Assembly (NCBI GenBank): GCA_963796965.1
Contig: CAWCNS010000004.1
Span: 448,001-512,000 of the forward strand
Reading direction: 5' to 3'
Length of the DNA stretch: 64,000 bases
Source of the DNA: Calditrichia bacterium
GTDB lineage: Bacteria; Calditrichota; Calditrichia; JAJRVZ01
Shown: positions 55,686 to 64,000 of the stretch, one piece after another
How positions within the stretch are numbered: the stretch's first letter is position 1
How the letters are laid out: each line of letters opens with the position of its first letter
Translations under genes and position numbers: made by a program
Notes under the pieces: generated by a model
The model's input: only the letters and a program-made list of their open reading frames with translations
Databases searched by the model: none
Told to the model about the DNA's origin: nothing

Positions 55686-57917
55686 ATGATGAAATTCTTA
55701 GCCATTTTGATGATATTTTTGTTTGCCTGTGAGAAATCTCCTCAACATAAAAAATCCGTTGTCGATGAGCCCTTTATTCAGGAATACCATGTACCCTATA
55801 CTATTGGAGATAATCGGGCGACAAATGATGTAAGATCTATCCTCCTTGATCAGCGGAATAATATATGGGCTGCAACAAGGGCTGGTCTGTATTTTATGAA
55901 CCAGATGGATGGCAAATGGATAGAGTTGATGAATGATAAAAACCAAGGACCGGTTTTTGATCTTGCAATCGATGCTCAAGGAGTTGTATATATTGCCGCC
56001 TGGAATGGCATTTATAGATCGAAACCCATAGGTATTGAGAAAATAGATACAGTTAATGATCCAATTGCCGCTTTATGTATAGCAAACAATTCTATTTATG
56101 CTTTTGGTCCTGATGGAATGTGGCAAAAAGAAAACGGACAATGGAAAAAATCCTCTCCACCTTATTCGAAGGAATTTAAATCTGCTATTCCCGATCCTGC
56201 CGGTAATCTTTGGATTGCTACCGGAGTGGGTCTTTACCACCACCGTGCGGATGGATCTACACTTTATCAGAACGATGATGATTTAATATCTCCATATATT
56301 ACAGATGTGGCATACTCTGTGAATGGGGATCTTTGGGTAAGTAGTTTAGGTGGTATAAGCGTTTTACGCAATGGGAAAAAGATCGATCAGTACACACCGG
56401 AGGAGGGTCTGCCTACTATTGAAGTACAGACGATTAAACAGGGGCCTGATGGCCGGATGTGGGTTGGGACGACCCTTGGTGTTACACGCTTTGATGGCGT
56501 AAACTGGTCTCTGAGACATAGCAGACGCTGGTTGTTGTCAGATGATGTGAGAGATATTGATTTCGACTCGGAGGGCAATGCCTGGGTAGCCACGTCAGCA
56601 GGAGTCAGTGCGATAAAACAACGCGAAATGACAATGGTTAAAAAAGCAAAATATTTCCAGAGAATCCTTGAAAAACGCCATATACGGGAGCCCGGTCTGG
56701 TTGAAAAATGTCTTTTACCCATACCTGGTGATACAAGCCAATATCTACCCCGGGATGATGATAATGATGGACAATATACGTCTATGTATCTGGCAATGGA
56801 ATCATTTCGTTATGCCGTAACCAAATCACCTCAGGCAAAAAGTAATGCCAAACGTGCTTTTGAGGCACTCCATTTTTTACGAGAAGTAACGGAAACAGAT
56901 GGCTTTGTTGCACGGACGGTTATACCGGTCTCCTGGACACATATGGCCGATGCAAACCGGAAATTTACAGATCAGGAGTGGGCAAAAAGGCGAATTGACA
57001 ATCCTCGGGAAAAAAGGGTTGAACAACGCTGGCGTATATCAAAGGATGGCAAATGGAGATGGAAAGGTGATACCAGTAGTGATGAAATGACCGGGCATAT
57101 GTATGGTTATTTTTTCTATTATGAGCTGGTTGCAAATGACACCGAAAAAATGAGGGTCCGTGACCATGTTTGTCATATCGTCGATTACCTGATAGAAGGT
57201 GGTTTTAACCTGATTGATCTGGATGGAAACCATACCAAGTGGGGGGTCTGGTCGCCTGGCAAATTAAACGATGATCCGGATTGGAGAACGGAGCGGGGAA
57301 TTAATTCGCTGGAAATCTTGTCCTTTTTAAAACTAGCCCATCATGTGAGTGGTGATGATACATATCTCAAAGAATATAATAAATTATTGTATGAACATGA
57401 TTATCTGACTAATATCAACCAGGTCAAAACCACGAATCCAGCCTGGCGGACTCATATAGATGATGAGTTGCTTGCCCTGGCTTTTCCTGTATTAATGGAA
57501 TATGAAAAAGATCCCGGGCTCATCAGAACTTATAACAATAGTTTTGAACAATGGTACAAAGCAGCTGGCCAGGATTGCAGTCCTTATTTTAACTTTCTTT
57601 ATGGTGCTTACAGAGGGTATGATCCCAATCTGGATTGCTCAATAGAAAATTTACGTGATACGCCTCTGGATCTCGTCCAGTGGCGTGTAGACAATACAAA
57701 AAGAGAGGATCTGGAGTTGACCCGGCTACCAGAGTATGAGTTTATTCAGACGAACCGTCTTGTGCCAATAAGTGAACGTGGTGGGGTTATGCGCTGGGAT
57801 AGGAACCCCTGGCAGGCGATACAGGGAAATGGTGGCCATACCGAGAGCGATGGTGTTTTTTGGCTATTACCTTACTGGATGGGCCGGTACTATGGTTTTA
57901 TCACTGAACCCCAATAA
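55686..57917 (+). CDS. Lipoprotein with Reg_prop-type beta-propeller repeats and an uncharacterised helical C-terminal domain
   Basis: Lipobox LFAC; repeats G.LWIAT..GL, GRMWVGT..G, GNAWVAT..G; C-terminal DDDNDGQYT, WKGDTSSDE, LLPYWMGRY. Confidence 0.65.
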   Translation: MMKFLAILMIFLFACEKSPQHKKSVVDEPFIQEYHVPYTIGDNRATNDVRSILLDQRNNIWAATRAGLYFMNQMDGKWIELMNDKNQGPVFDLAIDAQGVVYIAAWNGIYRSKPIGIEKIDTVNDPIAALCIANNSIYAFGPDGMWQKENGQWKKSSPPYSKEFKSAIPDPAGNLWIATGVGLYHHRADGSTLYQNDDDLISPYITDVAYSVNGDLWVSSLGGISVLRNGKKIDQYTPEEGLPTIEVQTIKQGPDGRMWVGTTLGVTRFDGVNWSLRHSRRWLLSDDVRDIDFDSEGNAWVATSAGVSAIKQREMTMVKKAKYFQRILEKRHIREPGLVEKCLLPIPGDTSQYLPRDDDNDGQYTSMYLAMESFRYAVTKSPQAKSNAKRAFEALHFLREVTETDGFVARTVIPVSWTHMADANRKFTDQEWAKRRIDNPREKRVEQRWRISKDGKWRWKGDTSSDEMTGHMYGYFFYYELVANDTEKMRVRDHVCHIVDYLIEGGFNLIDLDGNHTKWGVWSPGKLNDDPDWRTERGINSLEILSFLKLAHHVSGDDTYLKEYNKLLYEHDYLTNINQVKTTNPAWRTHIDDELLALAFPVLMEYEKDPGLIRTYNNSFEQWYKAAGQDCSPYFNFLYGAYRGYDPNLDCSIENLRDTPLDLVQWRVDNTKREDLELTRLPEYEFIQTNRLVPISERGGVMRWDRNPWQAIQGNGGHTESDGVFWLLPYWMGRYYGFITEPQ

Positions 57918-57941
57918 AATCTCAAAATAGGTAGAAATTTA

Positions 57942-58140
57942 TTTCACGCAACGACGCAAAGACGCAAAGAAAATTATTTTTTAAATTTGTCATGCTGAAC
58001 TCATTTCTAAATCTATTCATGATATTATTCTTATTGAGAATGTAAAACAAGCCGCTGCTAACCACAGATCAAAGATTAGAAGGGCCTGGAAAATTTTAGT
58101 ATCAATTTTTCTTGGCGTCTTGGCGACTTTGCGTGAGAAA
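57942..58140. repeat. Tandem-unit inverted-arm element (CGCAAAG type, three 8-nt units)
   Basis: Left tttcacgcaacg-acgcaaag-acgcaaag; right cttggcgt-cttggcga-ctttgcgtgagaaa. Confidence 0.85.
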
Positions 58141-58159
58141 AACAATCTATTAAGGAGAC

Positions 58160-59442
58160 ATGATCATGCGTTTAATTTCAATAATTTTATCCTGATCATT
58201 GTAATGTCTGCAATTCCTGTTGTCGGGGAAAACGGTGGCTTTAAAGCCGGGGCGGCGAAACGTATCATTACCCCGGAACAGCTCTTGCCGATCTCCGGTG
58301 GTATTGGGACACCTCTCCCAGCAACGCAAAAAAAGGGTGATCTTTTCGCCCGGGTGATGGTCCTGGAAAAGGGAGATACCCGTATAGCTATTGTTGGAAT
58401 CGATAATCTCGGCTGGCCATCTGTGTTGGCCAATAAGGTCAGAAAACTTGTTCCTTCTATTCCACCCGAAAATATCCTGATCGGTGTAACGCATACGCAT
58501 AGTGCTCCTGATGCTTATGGTTTTACAGATGAACAGGGCAAGAGTAGTGCAGATTTTGAATATTTGGACTGGTGTGTTACCCAAACCGCTGAAGCCATAA
58601 ATGAAGCCGTAGAAAGTCTTCAGGAAGCAGAACTCAAAATTGCTGTAGAAAAAGCCAGAGGAAAAATAGCGTATAATGCATATGCAGAAAAGTTATATGA
58701 TCCCCGCTGTGGCGTCATTCAGGCTATAGCGACAACCGGAACCGAAAAAGGTCAGGTCATTGTTACGATGGTAAACTATGCTACCCATCCTGAGATATTA
58801 GGACCCAAAAGAGGCATTATCAGTCCGGATATGTGTGGTCCTCTCTATGATCGAATTGAATCAAAGGTTGGAGGTATTGCTGTATTTATGAATAGTGCCC
58901 AGGGTGGGATGGTCACGGCCGATAATCGATTGGAAAATGGTAAAGAAGTCGCAACCTGGGAAGAGTGTATCCGAAATGGTACTCTATTGGCTGACGAAGC
59001 ATTACGGATAATAAAGGAAGTCGAACCACTAAAGAATCCAGGGTTGTTATGCGCCACAGAATTTGTGAAATTGCCGATTGAATCGGAATTAATGCGCTAT
59101 GTTCTTGACCATTCGCCTTACAAATCAGAAATAGGCGACGATTATGTGGTCACCACCCAAGTTAACCTTCTGAATATTGGAACCGCTCAGTTGTTGACCA
59201 TACCAGGAGAAGCTCTGCCCAATATCGGCTTTTATTTAAAACGCAAAATGAATACGGATCAGGCTTTCCTGCTTGGATTAACCAATGATGCGTTTGGTTA
59301 TCTTCTTACGAAGGTTGATTATAATAGTTTTGAACGTTATGATTATATCAGTCGGACAAGCCTGGGCGAAATGACGGGAGAAATATACATTGAAGAAGCG
59401 CTTAAGTTAATTGCTAAAACCCCGAAACCTGATGGGAAGTAA
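58160..59442 (+). CDS. Neutral/alkaline ceramidase-like N-terminal domain protein (frameshift in the signal peptide)
   Basis: KAGAAK..ITP, LFARVMVL, THTHSAPD, NYATHPE, TIPGE. RBS aaggag then ATG 58160, which is in a different frame from the listed ORF. Confidence 0.65.
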
Positions 59443-59465
59443 GCAATATCTAAAAAGTATAAATA

Positions 59466-59514
59466 ACCTCCCTCATTCCCCCTCCTTAGTAAGGAGGGGG
59501 AATGAGAGGGTGGT
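59466..59514. repeat. C-rich/G-rich palindromic repeat upstream of xylA
   Basis: Perfect 17-bp inverted repeat ctcattccccctcctta-g-taaggagggggaatgag (59472-59506). Confidence 0.85.
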
Positions 59515-59552
59515 AATTCAAAATAAATAGATTAATCCCCAAGGAGAATAAA

Positions 59553-60887
59553 ATGGCAACAAAGGTATTAACCGGAGCAAAAGAGTATTTTTCCGGGATT
59601 GGAAAAATTCCTTTTGAAGGGCCAAAATCCAAAAATCCCTTAGCTTTTAAGTATTATGATGAAGATAAATCAATCGCTGGTAAAAAGATGACGGATCATT
59701 TCCGATTTGCTGTCGCTTATTGGCATACCTTCTGTGGGACGGGTGCCGATCCCTTTGGCCCGGGTACAAAGGATTTCCCATGGCTTCAAAGCTCAGATCC
59801 CATGCAAATCGCTTTTGACAAACTTGATGCCGCATTTGAATTTACTTCAAAATTAGGTGTGCCTTTCTATTGTTTTCATGATCGCGACATGGCTCCGGAA
59901 GGGGGTTCTATTGCTGAATCGGAAAAGAATCTCATGGAATTGGTCAAAGCTGCAAAAGCAAAACAAAAAGCGTCCGGTGTTAAACTGTTATGGGGTACGG
60001 CCAATCTTTTTTCGCATCCCCGCTATATGAATGGGGCGGCTACTAATCCTGATTTTGCCGTATTAACCCATGCAGCAGCTCAGGTTAAAGCAGCACTCGA
60101 AGCAACGGTAGAACTCGGCGGTGCAAATTATGTTTTTTGGGGAGGACGTGAGGGATACTTTTCCTTATTAAATACCGATATGAAAAAAGAGTTGGATCAC
60201 CTGGGAATGTTTCTTGCCAAAGCCCGGGATTATGGTCGGAAAATCGGATTCAAGGGTACCTATTTGATCGAGCCTAAACCGATGGAACCAACCAAACACC
60301 AGTATGATTTTGATACAGCCACAGTCATCGGTTTCTTAAAAGAATATGGATTAGCGGATGATTTCAAAATTAATATTGAAAACAATCATGCTACGTTGGC
60401 TCAACATACTTTTGCCCATGAGATTCAGACAGCTGTTAATGCCGGATTGTTGGGTAGTTTGGATATCAACCAGGGCGATCCTCATAATGGTTGGGATACG
60501 GATGAATTTCTTTATAACCTATACGACGCAGTTCCGATAATGTTGGTTTTACTCAAGGGCGGGGGTATAGGTAAGGGTGGAATGAATTTTGATGCCAAAA
60601 CCCGTCGTAATTCTACTGATTTAGAAGATATTTTTATTGCCCATATAAGTTCTATGGATACCCTTGCCCGTGGATTAATGATTGCCGATAAAATATTGAA
60701 AGAATCCGATTATTTGAAGATGCGTAAAAAACGCTATGCCAGTTTCCAATCAGAAAAAGGTAAGGCTTTCGAGAAAGGGAAGTTAAAACTCGACGATTTG
60801 GCAAAATTAGCTGCCAAAAGTGGTGAACCGAAACAGATTAGTGGCAAACAAGAGTTGCTGGAAAGTATGATTAATCAGTATTTGTAA
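59553..60887 (+). CDS. xylA: Xylose isomerase (class II)
   Basis: [17 protein letters not shown]-like [59 protein letters not shown]. Confidence 0.97.
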   Translation: MATKVLTGAKEYFSGIGKIPFEGPKSKNPLAFKYYDEDKSIAGKKMTDHFRFAVAYWHTFCGTGADPFGPGTKDFPWLQSSDPMQIAFDKLDAAFEFTSKLGVPFYCFHDRDMAPEGGSIAESEKNLMELVKAAKAKQKASGVKLLWGTANLFSHPRYMNGAATNPDFAVLTHAAAQVKAALEATVELGGANYVFWGGREGYFSLLNTDMKKELDHLGMFLAKARDYGRKIGFKGTYLIEPKPMEPTKHQYDFDTATVIGFLKEYGLADDFKINIENNHATLAQHTFAHEIQTAVNAGLLGSLDINQGDPHNGWDTDEFLYNLYDAVPIMLVLLKGGGIGKGGMNFDAKTRRNSTDLEDIFIAHISSMDTLARGLMIADKILKESDYLKMRKKRYASFQSEKGKAFEKGKLKLDDLAKLAAKSGEPKQISGKQELLESMINQYL

Positions 60888-60924
60888 GCTCATTTATTGT
60901 TTGGAATAAATAGATAGAATTCAC

Positions 60925-60956
60925 ACGCTATGCGCCTGGCGTAATATGCATAGCGT
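60925..60956 (+). terminator. Hairpin after xylA
   Basis: acgctatgc (60925-60933) and gcatagcgt (60948-60956) form a perfect 9-bp inverted repeat, followed by AT-rich sequence. Confidence 0.45.
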
Positions 60957-60982
60957 TATTATTTGTATATAAGAAGCCCCCC

Positions 60983-61993
60983 ATGAGCGATTTAAATAAT
61001 CTACTCAAGCTTATTCAAGATCTACATAATTTGATTCGAGATGAAGTTGTCGGTGCTTTTGATAATAATGCTCCCGAAAAGATGGCAGCCATTGCCCGTG
61101 AAGAAGAAGGGGATACGATTTTTGCTATTGACCTTGTCAGTGAAGAAGTTTTACTTGAGTTTTTCAAAAAAGAAATTGCCCCTTCTTTTCCTCTGGTTTT
61201 AATTGCAGAAGGACTACCCGATGGTCAGATTTTGCTCCCTGAGGGAGTTACGGATGAAGAAGCGCGATGGCGAATCATAATGGATCCGATTGATGGAACC
61301 CGTGTTTTGATGTATCAAAAACGCAGTGCCTGGATCCTAACAGGGGTAGCGCCAAATCTGGGACCTGAAACCAACCTTCAAGATATTCAGCTGGCAGTTC
61401 AAACGGAAATACCCCTTCTTAAACAACATCTATCTGATAGTCTATATGCGATCAGGGGGCAGGGCGCAAAAGCCTTACGCTATAATCGCTTGAATGGAGA
61501 AACAAAACCTATTGTTCCGCAACCATCCCAGGCACAATCCATCGAACAGGGATTTGCGATGATATCACGTTATTTTCCGGGTGCCCGCGAGGTACTAGCT
61601 GAAATCGATGAAGAAGTAATCCAGGGGGCTCTTGGCCCAGTACAATTCGGGAAAACCCACTGTTTTGAAGATCAGTATATCAGTGACGGCGGCAGACTCT
61701 ATGAATTGTTGATTGGTCATGATCGATTTGTGGCAGATTTACGTCCCTTAATGGATAAAGTTCTCAGTCAGCGGAATCAGGCTTTGGGTATCTGCTGTCA
61801 TCCCTATGATATCTGTACCGAATTAATCGCCCGGGAATTTGGAGTGATTATCACCGATCTTTCTGGGAATCCCTTAAATGTCCCATTAAATGTTGAAAGT
61901 GATGTGGGTTGGGTTGGATATGCAAATGAGAGTATTCGCTTGCAGATTGAACCTTTGTTACAGCGAGCCTTAAAAAAGCGTGGATTAATTTAG
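60983..61993 (+). CDS. Inositol monophosphatase-family phosphatase
   Basis: [18 protein letters not shown] (DPIDGT motif), PYD.....IARE.G..ITD..G.PL. Confidence 0.8.
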   Translation: MSDLNNLLKLIQDLHNLIRDEVVGAFDNNAPEKMAAIAREEEGDTIFAIDLVSEEVLLEFFKKEIAPSFPLVLIAEGLPDGQILLPEGVTDEEARWRIIMDPIDGTRVLMYQKRSAWILTGVAPNLGPETNLQDIQLAVQTEIPLLKQHLSDSLYAIRGQGAKALRYNRLNGETKPIVPQPSQAQSIEQGFAMISRYFPGAREVLAEIDEEVIQGALGPVQFGKTHCFEDQYISDGGRLYELLIGHDRFVADLRPLMDKVLSQRNQALGICCHPYDICTELIAREFGVIITDLSGNPLNVPLNVESDVGWVGYANESIRLQIEPLLQRALKKRGLI

Positions 61994-62120
61994 GTATACG
62001 GGTGCAATAAAAATTCCCAAAGATTACCCCGACGAATAAAATAATATGCTTTTACAATACCGTGTGGTAAATATATTTTGTATTAAAATGTAATGCTGGT
62101 GATTTAAATAGAGAGATAGT

Positions 62121-63431
62121 ATGCCAAAGGAATATCATAAGAAAAGCCCTACGGCTGGAGAACTCACATCCGAACAGAATTCCTGGCGATGGAAAGTATT
62201 AATTGCAACTTATTTTGGCTATGCCGGGTATTATCTTACCAGGAAGGTCTTTTCTATATGTAAAACCTCGCTGGCAGAAGAGTTTAATGTTGGTTTAGAC
62301 AGTATTGCCCATATCTGGACAGCGTATTTGATTGCCTATATGCTGGGAATGTTTATCAATAGTTTCATCGGTCGGAGATGGGGCCCACGAGTTCTTTTGC
62401 TGGGTGGTTTGGGATGCTCGATGATCATCAACATCATCTTCGGTTTTGCAAATTCTATCACGACATTCATCGTTTTTATGTTTTTTAATGGTTTGGTGCA
62501 GGCCAGTGGCTGGCCGGGAACGGTTGGTGGTGCGGCCCAGTGGATTCGTCGCAAAGAACGTGGTGTTGTGATGGGTTTCTGGTCCACAAATTATCTGGTT
62601 GGAAATGTTATGGTGAAGATGCTCGGAGGATTTCTCCTTGGCATGTCCGGTTGGCGTTATGCCTTCTGGGGAGCGACATTAGCAGCCTTTGTCATCTGGT
62701 GGTTGTTATACTTCTGGCAACGCACAAAGCCTGAGGATGTTGGCCTCGATCCGATTGTAGGACAGGAGGGAGACAGTGACCGTGAAGTTAAGGCATCTCT
62801 TGAGGAGCGTCTGTCATTCCGTAAATACTCAAAATTATTGTTAAATCCAATCGTTCCTTTAATGGGATTAAGTTATTTTTGTATTAAATTTCTCCGGTAT
62901 GCCTTAGATTCCTGGCTTCCAACCTTTCTTAATCTGCAGGGTCTTGATAAGGCCGCGGCAGCTTATTACTCAACTATCTTTGATTATGCGGGTCTTGGTG
63001 GTGTGATATTGGCCGGGCTTGCTCTTGATCGCATATTCAAAAGCAGGTGGGAACGTGTCAGTTTGGTTATGGCAATCGGCCTCGTTGGAGGTTATATTCT
63101 TGTCCTTCAGTTTGGTCAGGACCCGATCGCAATGGCATTCAGTTTCGGATTAGTCGGTTTTATGCTCTATGGACCTGATTCACTTCTCTGTGGAGCGGCA
63201 TCGGTTCAGGTAGCTGGAGAAAAAAACGCTGTGGCTGTAGCCGGGATTGTAAATGGCCTGGGAAGCATCGGTCCGGTCATTCAGGAGGAGGTGATTGGCT
63301 GGCTGATGAGTGGGAAATCAATTGAAACAGGTATGAATAATACCAATTTGCTCGCGATTATGATGAGTGTTTTTCTAGTATTAAGTTTGTTAATTATCAA
63401 CTGGCAACTTAAATCTCAAAGAAAAAGCTAA
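62121..63431 (+). CDS. MFS transporter, organophosphate:Pi antiporter (GlpT/UhpT-like)
   Basis: YAGYYLTRK.FS, NGLVQ..GWP, ERG..MGFW.....GN, KFLRYAL..WLP, GFMLYGP, GIVNG.GS.G. Confidence 0.85.
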   Translation: MPKEYHKKSPTAGELTSEQNSWRWKVLIATYFGYAGYYLTRKVFSICKTSLAEEFNVGLDSIAHIWTAYLIAYMLGMFINSFIGRRWGPRVLLLGGLGCSMIINIIFGFANSITTFIVFMFFNGLVQASGWPGTVGGAAQWIRRKERGVVMGFWSTNYLVGNVMVKMLGGFLLGMSGWRYAFWGATLAAFVIWWLLYFWQRTKPEDVGLDPIVGQEGDSDREVKASLEERLSFRKYSKLLLNPIVPLMGLSYFCIKFLRYALDSWLPTFLNLQGLDKAAAAYYSTIFDYAGLGGVILAGLALDRIFKSRWERVSLVMAIGLVGGYILVLQFGQDPIAMAFSFGLVGFMLYGPDSLLCGAASVQVAGEKNAVAVAGIVNGLGSIGPVIQEEVIGWLMSGKSIETGMNNTNLLAIMMSVFLVLSLLIINWQLKSQRKS

Positions 63432-63510
63432 ACTGCAATAACTACACGATATCAATTTGCACAACTCGTGTGATACTACCATGATTAGAATAATTAATGA
63501 GATTCTCTGA

Positions 63511-64000
63511 TTGAAAAAGAAATTATTAGTAACAGGTTCAGCTGGGTTTGTGGCTGGTAGTGTCATTGTCCAGGCAATACCATTATGGGATGTATATGCT
63601 CTTGATCGTATGGATATTTCATCTTCAATCTATAAGTTTTCATCTTTCAAATCTGATTTAACTAAATCCGCCCATCTTGAAGATATATATAATCAAATCA
63701 ATCCGGATACTGTGATTCATACCGCAGCTTTGGCCGACATTGATTATTGTCAGAACAACCAGCAGGAAGCACAATTGATAAATGTTGAAGTGACCCGACA
63801 ACTGGCAAATCTCTGCAAAAAAAACAATACCAGGTTAATACTTTGTTCAACTGATACGGTGTTTGATGGTAAAACAGGTTATTATGCAGAAGAAGATCAA
63901 CCCGTCGCAGTTAATTATTACGCAGAAACAAAAATACAGGCAGAAAAACTGATTGAAGAGCTTAACTTTAATGCGGTTCTTGCCCGATTGTCCTTAGTTA
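63511..64000 (+). CDS. RmlD/dTDP-4-dehydrorhamnose reductase-like SDR, 3'-truncated by the window edge
   Basis: Translated by eye from TTG 63511: MKKKLLVTGSAGFVA...PDTVIHTAA.ADIDYCQ...INV...CSTDTVFDG..GYY.EED.P..VNYYAETK. Confidence 0.8.
   Translation, partial: MKKKLLVTGSAGFVAGSVIVQAIPLWDVYALDRMDISSSIYKFSSFKSDLTKSAHLEDIYNQINPDTVIHTAALADIDYCQNNQQEAQLINVEVTRQLANLCKKNNTRLILCSTDTVFDGKTGYYAEEDQPVAVNYYAETKIQAEKLIEELNFNAVLARLSLV

Noticed and set aside
55686..57917. Hybrid two-component sensor
   Set aside because: It has propeller repeats but no transmembrane helix, histidine kinase, receiver or AraC domain.
7438..58140. Repeats interpreted as a CRISPR or other guide-RNA array
   Set aside because: Copies are dispersed singly between genes, with no regular repeat-spacer periodicity and no cas-like gene.
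58120..58159. Listed TTG start of the ceramidase-like ORF
   Set aside because: It lies inside a repeat arm. The RBS and ATG at 58160 with a frameshift are more plausible.
205..62734. Numerous 60-170 aa ORFs antisense to or overlapping the main genes
   Set aside because: These are shadow ORFs without motifs, except those identified above as frameshifted pieces of real genes.
3..64000. Integron cassette array (co-oriented genes separated by palindromes)
   Set aside because: No integrase, no consistent attC RYYYAAC...GTTRRRY ends, the palindromes belong to several unrelated families, and the genes are large.

Overview
A bacterial genomic window, AT-rich by eye, from a diderm organism with many secreted, Tat-exported and lipoprotein enzymes. 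No SusC/SusD pair is present; FCB-group lineages such as KSB1 or Calditrichota are plausible but cannot be proven from this window. About 35 genes, all but one on the + strand, form a long glycan-degradation region: GH9-like, two GH29-like, GH3, GH33, two DUF4091/GH123-like, GH20-like, GH141-like beta-helix, GH92, GH95, a sulfatase, Gfo/Idh/MocA oxidoreductases, SSS and MFS transporters, xylA, and several secreted proteins I cannot classify. A carboxylate-uptake module at about 21.1-28.9 kb interrupts it: DcaP-like porin, enlarged DUF4212 protein, ActP-like symporter and a Cache-PAS-CBS-DUF294 sensor. Many genes carry frameshifts, most likely long-read consensus indels. The most striking unexplained structure is non-coding. 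Many intergenic spacers hold short palindromic elements of at least three families: arms of 8-11 nt tandem units with a matching inverted arm, (C/T)GTC-tagged REP pairs, and C-rich/G-rich hairpins. These are repeatedly nested inside one another, and no transposase or nuclease gene lies in the window. No rRNA, tRNA, CRISPR array or IS element was recognised.
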